A stretch of 50,545 nt of DNA from Myxococcota bacterium (lineage in GTDB: Bacteria > Myxococcota_C > UBA6777): positions 1-50,545 of the forward strand of contig JAKLKB010000045.1 of NCBI GenBank assembly GCA_023150835.1, read 5' to 3'. Below, one piece after another: positions 28,894 to 37,527 of this stretch (positions are counted from its first letter, which is position 1; the number at the start of each line of letters is the position of its first letter). The notes below the pieces were generated by a model that was not told the origin of the DNA, did no database searches, and saw nothing but the letters and a program-made list of their open reading frames with translations. A program made the position numbers and the translations under genes.

Positions 28894-30810
28894 ATGCGAC
28901 GCTTTTATACTATGCGCTGGGCGTTTTGGTGCCTGCTTGTTGGTTGGGGAGGAATTCAAAAAAGCCATTCATCCAAAACGGTCCCCTCCAAAACGTATGC
29001 TTTTTTAGTTGGAGTGGACGTTTATAAAAACGCGTGGAAAGCGTTAGATTACGCAGTAGATGATATGGAAGAATTACGTGATTCTCTACGAAAAGATGGA
29101 CGTATCGATCAAGATAATATCGTTTTTCTAATGAATCATTCTGCGACCCGAGAAAATGTTCTACAATCATTTGACACGCTATGCCGTCGATTGCAGCCTA
29201 CAGATCTGTTGTTGTTTGCCTTCGCAGGTCACGCTTTGATGGATGAGCACGCAGGGTATCTCGTCTTACACGACACGGCACTACAAAACTTGCGCGCTTC
29301 TAGCTTGCGAAAAAGTGATCTTGTTTGCTCTCGTGTCAAAAAACGAGTCCTGTTTTTAGACACGTTTCGCTCGAAAAAAAAGAGAAGAGTACCTCTTTGG
29401 CGCGATGGCGTCCATGCTTCGCTCTTCGCAGAGACCAACCAAGTGGTCCTAGCACCCAGCCTATCCGAGCAAGAGCGGGGAAAACCTATCGGGGCGAGTT
29501 TTCGGCCCTTTATCTTCCATATCACCAAAGGGTTACGTGGAGAGGCCGATATGAACCGCGACGGCGTAGTCAGCTTGCTTGAGCTATGGGGACACATCAC
29601 CGCGCAGATCAAAGAAGCCACAGGATTGTCGGCAGAAGAGCAACGTCTTGCCACGTTGGCGGGTGAGTGGTCCGAATGGTTTCCACTAACTTACCCGAAA
29701 ACGTTGTTGCTTTTGGGGCGTATTCCTTCTCATCCACAAAGATCAAAAACAAATTGGTTGGCCGTCAAAAGCATCCCATCCGGAGCAAGTGTTTACGTAA
29801 ACGATAAGTTTTTTGGAAAAACTCCTTTTTTTCAAAAGATTTCACACGGAAAACAAAATATTATACTTCAAAAAGAAGGTTTTCACGCGTGGAAGAAAAC
29901 AATTTTTACATCGTCGAATGTAGAAAATATTCGATTGGTTCAGTTAAAAAAAATGGGAGAACCATCCCCGCAAGAAAACCCTACCAATACCGCCGAGAAC
30001 GAAAGGCCGGAGGTTGGCCGAGGCCGCCCAGCAGGCTTCCGCAAACCCTTGAACGCTTGGCCTAGCGTTTCTATCCGATGGATTCCACCAGGCACATTCC
30101 GAATGGGTTCCCCAACCCACGAAGAAGGCCGCTATAAAAACGAAGGTCCACCCCGAGAGATCCGAATCACTCACGGTTTTTGGATGTGGGAAACAGAAGT
30201 AACGCAAAGCCAGTTCATTGCCTTGATGGGCTATAATCCCTCGTTTTTCAAGCGTTGTGGCCTAAAATGCCCTGTGGAACGAGTCACATGGCACAACGCT
30301 GCGATGTTTGCAAATCGTGTTTCTTTACTAGAAAAAAGAGAAACTTGTTTTCGATGCAAAAACAATCGTTGCCGCTTAAAATCTCCTTTTCTTGGAAGCG
30401 GCGTTTATTCTCGTTGCAAGGGGTGGCGATTGCCGACTGAATCAGAATGGGAATACGCAGCAAGAGCAGGGCAAACCACTTCACGCTACGCAGAAAACTG
30501 GAATTCTATCGCGTGGTGCAAAGAAAACAGCCAAAACAAAACCTCTCCTGTGGGGGCAAAGCGACCGAACCCTTGGGGATTACACGATATGTTGGGGAAT
30601 GTTTGGGAGTGGACATTGGACGCTTGGATACCTTATCGAGAGCGAACGCTTTCTGTTGACCCGCTGTACGTAAGCGGTAGCAAGTACGTGTCACGCGGAG
30701 GCGCATGGTCTCATTCCAAACGCGCCGCACGCTTCGCCACGCGAGCGCGTGGCAGCGGCCACGGCTACGGTTGGTTTTTAGGCTTCCGTCTCGTGCGCTC
30801 TGCTCCATAA
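28894..30810 (+). CDS. Inactive caspase-like domain + PEGA + FGE-sulfatase (CLec-fold) domain protein
   Basis: FAFAGHA and FLDTFRS (catalytic Cys missing), ADMNRDGVVSLLEL. PEGA motif SIPSGASVYVNDKFFGKTP. FGE motifs FRMGSP, RLPTESEWEYAARAG, GNVWEW and RGG.W...GFRLVR. Confidence 0.92.
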   Translation: MRRFYTMRWAFWCLLVGWGGIQKSHSSKTVPSKTYAFLVGVDVYKNAWKALDYAVDDMEELRDSLRKDGRIDQDNIVFLMNHSATRENVLQSFDTLCRRLQPTDLLLFAFAGHALMDEHAGYLVLHDTALQNLRASSLRKSDLVCSRVKKRVLFLDTFRSKKKRRVPLWRDGVHASLFAETNQVVLAPSLSEQERGKPIGASFRPFIFHITKGLRGEADMNRDGVVSLLELWGHITAQIKEATGLSAEEQRLATLAGEWSEWFPLTYPKTLLLLGRIPSHPQRSKTNWLAVKSIPSGASVYVNDKFFGKTPFFQKISHGKQNIILQKEGFHAWKKTIFTSSNVENIRLVQLKKMGEPSPQENPTNTAENERPEVGRGRPAGFRKPLNAWPSVSIRWIPPGTFRMGSPTHEEGRYKNEGPPREIRITHGFWMWETEVTQSQFIALMGYNPSFFKRCGLKCPVERVTWHNAAMFANRVSLLEKRETCFRCKNNRCRLKSPFLGSGVYSRCKGWRLPTESEWEYAARAGQTTSRYAENWNSIAWCKENSQNKTSPVGAKRPNPWGLHDMLGNVWEWTLDAWIPYRERTLSVDPLYVSGSKYVSRGGAWSHSKRAARFATRARGSGHGYGWFLGFRLVRSAP

Positions 30811-31077
30811 AACATCTAATCGATAAAAGATATAATTCGTAGTCCAATTTCTCCAAGATCCATCCCCTCCTATCCCCCCCCACAGTCTGTTCAAAAAAGA
30901 ATATTTTTGCGGATACTCTCCTCAAAGGTGTCTAGAAAAAGGTTTGTTCTTTTGATAGCAGAGGTCGATTGAAAAGGTGAGCAGTCGAAGCTTGAAGATC
31001 ACGGATGCTGCGCCTTCTTTTCATCACCAGTTCAATCGTCCCGTTCTATGAGCAGCGACCGAGTTGGGTTTTGCTGG

Positions 31078-31200
31078 ATGGGGCGCTGCCCCAAACTCCG
31101 CAAGGGAGCGCGGCTCCCTTGACCCCGTACGGATGGGACGAGCAGCGTTTTCAAAACCAACAGATCTACCGCTCGAACGCTTGCGAACACGGCTTTTTTG
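31078..31200 (+). repeat. Family A dispersed repeat
   Basis: GCAAGGGAGCGCGGCTCCCTTGACCCCGTA core, as at 47619. Confidence 0.8.
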
Positions 31201-31263
31201 GGCTAGGGTTCGCTCCGATATGTGTACACTTCCAAAAGATATCAATGTGTTAGACACCCTCTT

Positions 31264-31377
31264 ATACGAGATCCGCCCGTTGTGTGATCGTAAGGATGCA
31301 GGAGCAGACCCTGTGCCTTCCCAATAATAGGGCGTCTACGCACAATCCTTTGTGTACACATCACTCGAAGATCGTAT
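31264..31377 (+). mobile_element. Family B MITE/REP-like element
   Basis: Aligns end to end with 15602-15716 (ATACGAGATCCGCCCGTTG...ATCGTAT). Confidence 0.75.
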
Positions 31378-31563
31378 GAAATGGTGAAAAGACGAAAAAA
31401 GAAAGAAAGGTAAGAGTGATCGATAAAGAAAGAAGATGATGCGGTACGTCGATATCGGGCAAACAAAGAGTGGGGTCCCCCGCTCGTGGCAGCCCGAGAA
31501 TGGAACGGCCACAGAAGAGCCGCTGTCGGCACACTTCTCTTCAGTTTCAGATAATCGATGAAC

Positions 31564-31660
31564 GAAGATGATGATTACTGGTGAGCGAAGATGATGATTA
31601 CTGGTGAGCGAAGATGATGATTACTGGTGAGCGAAGATGATGATTACTGGTGAGCGAAGA
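31564..31660 (+). repeat. Tandem repeat, 23 bp x4 (GAAGATGATGATTACTGGTGAGC)
   Basis: Perfect units start at 31564, 31587, 31610 and 31633. The last unit contains the stop codon of the adjacent gene. Confidence 0.97.
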
Positions 31661-32405
31661 AGAAACGAACAAACAAGACACTGACTTGTTGTGGCTTGAG
31701 ATTTTGCCTTGGAAGCACGATGTAGTCGGCATCTTGCGCAGGTTCGTGATCGGCTTCCATCACCAAGGTTTTCCCGTGGCCTTTTGCGTTCATGATGATC
31801 TGAACCGCCAAGTTTGTATTTTCCTTTGGGCCTTGGTTGGTTTCTACGTTTCGGATGATATCGCTTCGGCGTTGCTCGCTTACTGCAGGAAAACCATAAT
31901 CATTGGCACAGGAAAAAAGCTGTTCTTTAAATAGTTTTTTATCCGTCACAACAAAAGAAAGATGTTCAAGTCCTCGAGGAGGACGAAACGTGAATTTCGC
32001 ACCGTGAGGGAAATGGAAAGCTTTCATTGCTTTGATGCGATTTTTTTGGTTCTTTTTGTTGGGAGTGTTGGCGGCAGGATAAAGGACAGACATATCTCCC
32101 TTCGGATCCCGATGCAAAACATAGAGATACCCGCTGTGATTGCTTGTCACTTCAAAAGTCACCTGCTCTCCACTTTTGTAATAGCGCCGGGTTGCTACAG
32201 AAAGCGGCATTTTGGTCTTGGAAACTGTTCCGTCGGGATTGTTTGTGTACACCACCACTTTGATTTCCAAGCCTTTTTTTCGTTTGGTTTGATCAGGCTC
32301 CAACACCAACGTTTTGAGGGAAGGTTTGGCCAAGGCTTGTCCTGTCAGAGCGACGCAGAAAACGGTCATCCATCCGACGAACATGGAGAAAACATACTTT
32401 TTCAT
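31644..32405 (-). CDS. Exported DUF4384-like protein
   Basis: GAGGTG RBS and signal peptide ending ALA. YKSGEQVTFEVTSNHSGYLYVLHRDPKG...LYP and FRPPRGLEHLSFV. Confidence 0.87.
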   Translation of the reverse strand: MKKYVFSMFVGWMTVFCVALTGQALAKPSLKTLVLEPDQTKRKKGLEIKVVVYTNNPDGTVSKTKMPLSVATRRYYKSGEQVTFEVTSNHSGYLYVLHRDPKGDMSVLYPAANTPNKKNQKNRIKAMKAFHFPHGAKFTFRPPRGLEHLSFVVTDKKLFKEQLFSCANDYGFPAVSEQRRSDIIRNVETNQGPKENTNLAVQIIMNAKGHGKTLVMEADHEPAQDADYIVLPRQNLKPQQVSVLFVRFFFAHQ

Positions 32406-32530
32406 GAGATCACCTCTTTGCTGAGTAAAGGATGTCCTTTTCGAACATCCGACATTGCGATGAAAACACCGATCGTTGAAGCCGTTGGTTCCGTTTTGAG
32501 TTGTTTTTTTCATGGTCGTATAATTTTCTT

Positions 32531-34045
32531 CTACATTCCTCCCTCAAAAAGCAATGATGATTTCTCTTTTTGATGGACGCCTTGCGCCATGCTTGGCCGC
32601 TCCAAAAAAGATCGAGACGCGCTGCCTTGTGCACGACTTCGTGCTGGATTCGTAAAGTACAAGATCAAGCCTGTGACAACCAACACGCCCCCCACCGCAT
32701 ACAGAGCGTAAGCCGCGTTGCTCGCTGTATTGATTGTGCTAAATTGGTTTCCAAAAACCCCTGTAGCTGCCATGATATGAACTGTTGCTCCAACCACAAC
32801 GATCCCCCCCCCCAAGCCCATCGCTGCGTGAGGCCATTTCCCAAAATCAACCGAACCCTCAAAATCAAAATCGATCCCTTGGGAGTCGTCTTCCGAGAGC
32901 GCAACGTATTTTTCTTTTTTAACATTACCACCAATTCCTACGATACGATACCGTCCCGCAGGAAGACGCACTTCTTGCCGCCGAACTCCCTTGTAGCTTG
33001 CAAAGCTTTCGTATCGACCATTCTTTTTTTCGCGGTACACCTCGATCATCGCATCGTCTTTGTTTGAGGTCAGATTGATCGACGCCTGCCGAAGTGCCGC
33101 ACCTCCGGGAAAAGAAAGCGGGACGTTTCCAACAATCGTCCCGTGAGTCACCACAGTTTGCTCATGCCCTTTGTGACGCCGAGCAAGCTCCGAAACACGC
33201 GTGCCGAGATAAGCTTGTAACTCTTGCACCGTCACAACACCGTCTTTCGGCATTTTATCCGCTTTTCCTTTCAATGCTTCGATCAGTGCGTACGTAAACG
33301 CGCCATGCCCCAGCTTGGGTATCTCTACGCTGTACTGCTCTTGTGTCGAAGAAGCGATGGTCACGCGTCCTCTTCCCGTCAAATTCAGGCTTTTTAGGTC
33401 AATGCCTTTGCTTCCCCCTCGATATCCGTCTCTATTTTTTTCTTCTTTTTCATCTCTCATTTTTTTCAATATTTTATCATTCAAAGTATTTCTAAAATCT
33501 TTTTTTTCTGTAAATTTTGCAGAGTCCGCCCCGCTGTTGCAAGCGTCGATCAACAAAGTCACCGTGATCGAAGAGTCTATTCTCGGAGGGCTAACCCAAA
33601 GCCGAAGTTCTTCAAGATCGATCCCCTGCTCTAATTTTAGCTCTCCATCGTTTCGACCGAACGTTGACTCGTACGTCACCCAATAAGAGACGCGCTTTGC
33701 CGCCCAGCCATGCCCAGAAAAGTAGATCACCACGCTATCACCAGCTTTTGCAACAGAAGGCAGCCATGTAAATACCGCCGCTTTGATTTTGGCTTCTGTA
33801 GCCTCGCTGTTGATTAACATCCTGATGTTTTCTTTTTTGACTTTGCCTTCGTTTGTGAGAGCAGAGTGCAACGCTTTGGTATCCGCTACTGCGTAGCGCA
33901 GATCAGGGATATACTCGTTGTTTTTGTAATCATCGATCCCGATCAATACAGCGTACACGCTGGCTGTTGTTTGAGCATACGCAGCAGTTGCTTGAGAAAA
34001 CAAGCAAAGCATCAGAAAGCACAATGTATGGCAGATCTTATTCAT
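32531..34045 (-). CDS. Exported caspase-like protease (C14) with a PEGA/Ig-like domain and a C-terminal hydrophobic hairpin
   Basis: Signal peptide ending AYA, then YAVLIGIDDY, YFSGHG, IDACNSG and GHGAFTYALIEALKGKAD. Two hydrophobic segments near the C-terminus. Confidence 0.92.
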   Translation of the reverse strand: MNKICHTLCFLMLCLFSQATAAYAQTTASVYAVLIGIDDYKNNEYIPDLRYAVADTKALHSALTNEGKVKKENIRMLINSEATEAKIKAAVFTWLPSVAKAGDSVVIYFSGHGWAAKRVSYWVTYESTFGRNDGELKLEQGIDLEELRLWVSPPRIDSSITVTLLIDACNSGADSAKFTEKKDFRNTLNDKILKKMRDEKEEKNRDGYRGGSKGIDLKSLNLTGRGRVTIASSTQEQYSVEIPKLGHGAFTYALIEALKGKADKMPKDGVVTVQELQAYLGTRVSELARRHKGHEQTVVTHGTIVGNVPLSFPGGAALRQASINLTSNKDDAMIEVYREKKNGRYESFASYKGVRRQEVRLPAGRYRIVGIGGNVKKEKYVALSEDDSQGIDFDFEGSVDFGKWPHAAMGLGGGIVVVGATVHIMAATGVFGNQFSTINTASNAAYALYAVGGVLVVTGLILYFTNPARSRAQGSASRSFLERPSMAQGVHQKEKSSLLFEGGM

Positions 34046-34193
34046 TTTTTTACCTTTCCAAGAAGCTTATTTGTTGTGTATCTACGCATCAGTCTTTGTC
34101 GGCACAGGCCGATCAAAGCAGTGAAGCACAAGACATCGAAACATCCGAGCGATTCGAGGCTGGATTCGCCGCCTTTTCAATCGACCTCCACCG

Positions 34194-37100
34194 TTATTGG
34201 CAAATTCCGTTGACACAGCTTTGTCCGCTACCGCAAGAACGCCCACAAGATCCGCAATTCAGGTTGTTGGTTTGGATATCGACACAGGTTGCCAGTCCGG
34301 GGCAAGGCGTCGAATTTGTCGTCGAACACGGGTTGGGCAAGAACCACAAAAAAGTAGCGCCTCGTTGTCCGCCTGTTTCGTAAATTCGCCCGGGAATATT
34401 TGAAAACACACCATTCGCATAAAAGCTGCCTAGCGCGTACATATTGCCTTGGCTGTCACTATCCACTCTGTAAATCTCGTCGCGCACTCCTTGGGCGTTG
34501 AGAGTCAAAGCGCCACCTCGAACTGTTTCTGCTCGCACAATTTTTCCAGCAGGATCAAGTTGAAGGAAGAAAGGATCTGCACCGTTGGCGTCAGGAACAG
34601 ATACCCCCAGATTGATTTTTCCGACATAGGCTCCCCCAGCATAAAGGCCATTTTGAGGAGCAGGAAAAAGAGAGTACGCGATCTCATCGCCTTCTTGGGC
34701 TGGAGGGGTATAACACCACTGACGAGTGAGGTTCGATAGCGAAAATTGACACACAAACAAGTCCGTTTGGGCCGTATGAGAAGGAAGGCTCGTTAGCTGA
34801 CCCGTAAAATTTCCACTCACAAATAGAGCAGCTCCCTGCAAAAGAGTTCCGTAGGTGTTAATGACCGTGCTCGCATTCGTACTGAACTGTGGAGAGATAT
34901 CATGAAGCGATTGCATCACAAGATTCTTGTCAAATTTAGCGACAAACACACCACGCTGAAGGGAAGACGTGATTTTTTTACTTCCATCAGAATCAGACAT
35001 ACTGTCTCCTTGATGGAACAGACCGATAGCAAATAAATTATCGCTTTGATCGATCTTGAGATGCTGGATGCCGCCCCCTGTTTCTTTGGGCTGCCATACC
35101 TTCACGACACTTCCTTGGTTGTTGATCTTCGCAAGATACGTTCTTCCCCCCAGGGCCAAGAGCGAAGAACCTGTTGCCCCTGTAAACGTGGCGTCGCCAT
35201 TCGATCGCGCCCCCCAAACGAAGATCTCGTGCTGGCTATTTACGACAAATCCTCTGGCATATATCGCTTCGGCAGCATCGGGATTTTTTGCATGAAGCCA
35301 AACGTTGGTGGTGTTGCCTGTTGCCATATCGAGGGACGCGATAACGAGACCACGGTTGCCAGCGGAGTAGGTCTTGCTCTGGAGCACAAAGTCGCCACGG
35401 TATAAGAAAAAAATGTAGAGTGACTGTTTATTGGGACCCCATCCAAGCGTACACTCAAAGAGAGAGGTCGTCGCAGCCCATTGTTTTACCCACAGCATCT
35501 TTCTATTTTTGTCTAATTTCACGACAAGACAAGCTGTACCGGTTGGATCGTTTGCGTTTCCAAATGAGAAGGTCTGATTTTCGACTTGAACAGAGCCATG
35601 AAAGCGCGTGGATATATAGAAGTGATCGGATGAATCGATGAGCATGGTGGGAACGATGGCGCTACCCGCTTGGGTGGGTGGTTCTTTGATGGTGTACACC
35701 CACGGACATCCTTCATCGATTTGTCCGTTGCAATTGTTATCCAGATTGTCCTGACAGATTTCTTTTGTTTCTTTGCATTTGCAAGATCCGTTATCGCATT
35801 TTTCGAGCGTCAAATCGCATTTGTTGCCGCAAGCTCCGCAATGTTGGATATCCGTCTGAATTTCTTTGCAACTGCTTCCACAAGCGAGCTGCGTGCTTGG
35901 GCAGCTTATTTTGCAGACACCCTCGCTGCACAGGGGTTGTCCCGCTGGGCAAACATTCCCACAGCTACCGCAATGTTTGTCGTTGGATCGAGTGTCCACG
36001 CAACTTCCCGAACATTCAGTTTGCCCTGCGAGCGGGCATTGACAAAGCCCCCCGCGACAAGTCTGATCTTGGCGGCAAGAAACACCGCAGCCACCACAAT
36101 GAGTTAGGCTTTCTTGAGCATTGACACAAGTCCCGCTACAGGCCAGATAACCCGACGGACACAAACAGACGCCTTCTTGGCATTTGCTCCCGAACGGGCA
36201 TTTTTGACTGCATTGACCGCAATGATCGGGATCTTTGCTTACATTTTTGCACGAGCCACCACACTCGACCTCCCCCAAACCACATTGACAAAGCCCCGCA
36301 CGACAGACCTGTTCTTGGCGACAAGCAACACCACACGCTCCGCAATTGGTGACGCTGTCCTGGATGCTTGCACAAACACCACTACAGGAAAGAAACCCAT
36401 TGTCGCACTGACATTCACTGTTTTTGCAATTGCTATTTGCTCCGCATTGCTTACCACATTGGCCGCAGTTGGCTGGGTCGGCTACCGTATTTTTACAAGA
36501 TCCATCGCAATCTTTTTGTCCGGGAGGGCATTGACATTCACCGTTGTTGCAGCTTTGGTCGGAGCGGCAAACCTTACCGCAAGCTCCGCAGTGTTCACGT
36601 CTGTTTTGTGTGTCGACGCACGAACCACCACAATTTTCTTCGCCCACTTTACAAGCACATTGGCCCTCCAAGCATTGGAGTCCTTTTGTTTGGTCGCAGG
36701 CGTTGTTGCAATCTCCGCAGTGCTGGGGATTGTCTCGGATATTGACGCAAGTGTCGCCGCAGTACTTTTGTCCCGGATCGCAACTGCAAGCTCCTTCGAT
36801 GCACTTTTGCCCTGTAAGGCAGACTTTGCCACATTCACCGCAGTGGTTTGCATCTTTTCGCAAGTTTGTACACGAACTGCCGCATTGGGTGGGAGTCTCT
36901 GGCTTTTTGTCGCACTCAAGGTTCGGGAGCCAGTTGCCGCCCGTACAAACCTCACCCCCCCGCGCCAAGGGGCGATCACCGCCCTGTTCGTTGTCGATCA
37001 GACCATCGCAGTCGTCATCTTGCCCGTTGCAAACCTCGGCTTTTCCATTTTCGCAGGGATAACAAACAAGAGCGGAACCCGTCGAGACGTTGACGCAGAA

Positions 37101-37394
37101 GCCGTTTTTTACGTTTTGAATGAAGCAGTTCGCGTTTTTCTCATCGCAGGTCGGCAGGCAGGCTTTTTTTGAACCTTCATCCGAAACCCCAAAGAGGCGG
37201 CGATCCGTACGAGGGATCGTAATACACGATTGATTGTCGCCACACTTTCCGTCTGTGTCGCACAACACAGGCTTCCATTCGGGTTGCGTGCAACCTTGCT
37301 GCAAGCCGAGAAAGAGCAGCGATAGCAACAAAAACGCATCTTGAAGTCGCGACGAGCGCTTGGGGGGGGATATCTGTTTGAAACGTTGAAGCAT
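34194..37394 (-). CDS. Cys-rich lipoprotein with ~10 C..C..D..HCG.C repeats, metal-binding DxDC motifs and an SBBP-like beta-propeller
   Basis: Lipobox LQQGC, EVCNGQDDDCDGLID, repeated HCG/NCG units, and DLFV/DPFF...DSQGNMY propeller blades. Confidence 0.85.
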   Translation of the reverse strand: MLQRFKQISPPKRSSRLQDAFLLLSLLFLGLQQGCTQPEWKPVLCDTDGKCGDNQSCITIPRTDRRLFGVSDEGSKKACLPTCDEKNANCFIQNVKNGFCVNVSTGSALVCYPCENGKAEVCNGQDDDCDGLIDNEQGGDRPLARGGEVCTGGNWLPNLECDKKPETPTQCGSSCTNLRKDANHCGECGKVCLTGQKCIEGACSCDPGQKYCGDTCVNIRDNPQHCGDCNNACDQTKGLQCLEGQCACKVGEENCGGSCVDTQNRREHCGACGKVCRSDQSCNNGECQCPPGQKDCDGSCKNTVADPANCGQCGKQCGANSNCKNSECQCDNGFLSCSGVCASIQDSVTNCGACGVACRQEQVCRAGLCQCGLGEVECGGSCKNVSKDPDHCGQCSQKCPFGSKCQEGVCLCPSGYLACSGTCVNAQESLTHCGGCGVSCRQDQTCRGGLCQCPLAGQTECSGSCVDTRSNDKHCGSCGNVCPAGQPLCSEGVCKISCPSTQLACGSSCKEIQTDIQHCGACGNKCDLTLEKCDNGSCKCKETKEICQDNLDNNCNGQIDEGCPWVYTIKEPPTQAGSAIVPTMLIDSSDHFYISTRFHGSVQVENQTFSFGNANDPTGTACLVVKLDKNRKMLWVKQWAATTSLFECTLGWGPNKQSLYIFFLYRGDFVLQSKTYSAGNRGLVIASLDMATGNTTNVWLHAKNPDAAEAIYARGFVVNSQHEIFVWGARSNGDATFTGATGSSLLALGGRTYLAKINNQGSVVKVWQPKETGGGIQHLKIDQSDNLFAIGLFHQGDSMSDSDGSKKITSSLQRGVFVAKFDKNLVMQSLHDISPQFSTNASTVINTYGTLLQGAALFVSGNFTGQLTSLPSHTAQTDLFVCQFSLSNLTRQWCYTPPAQEGDEIAYSLFPAPQNGLYAGGAYVGKINLGVSVPDANGADPFFLQLDPAGKIVRAETVRGGALTLNAQGVRDEIYRVDSDSQGNMYALGSFYANGVFSNIPGRIYETGGQRGATFLWFLPNPCSTTNSTPCPGLATCVDIQTNNLNCGSCGRSCGSGQSCVNGICQ

Positions 37395-37527
37395 TTGAAA
37401 CCTCGGCCTATTTGGGGGGGTTACGTTTCCGTAGCAACGAAGAAACGCACCCTCCTTAATACCTTAGCGGCTTCTTGTTGAAGGCGTTTTTCAGAAAGTG
37501 AAAAACTGAGAGAGAACGTCGGCATCG

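Noticed and set aside
30690-30810. Diversity-generating retroelement targeting the FGE domain
   Set aside because: No reverse transcriptase, avd gene or template repeat is visible in the window. Only a remote DGR remains possible.
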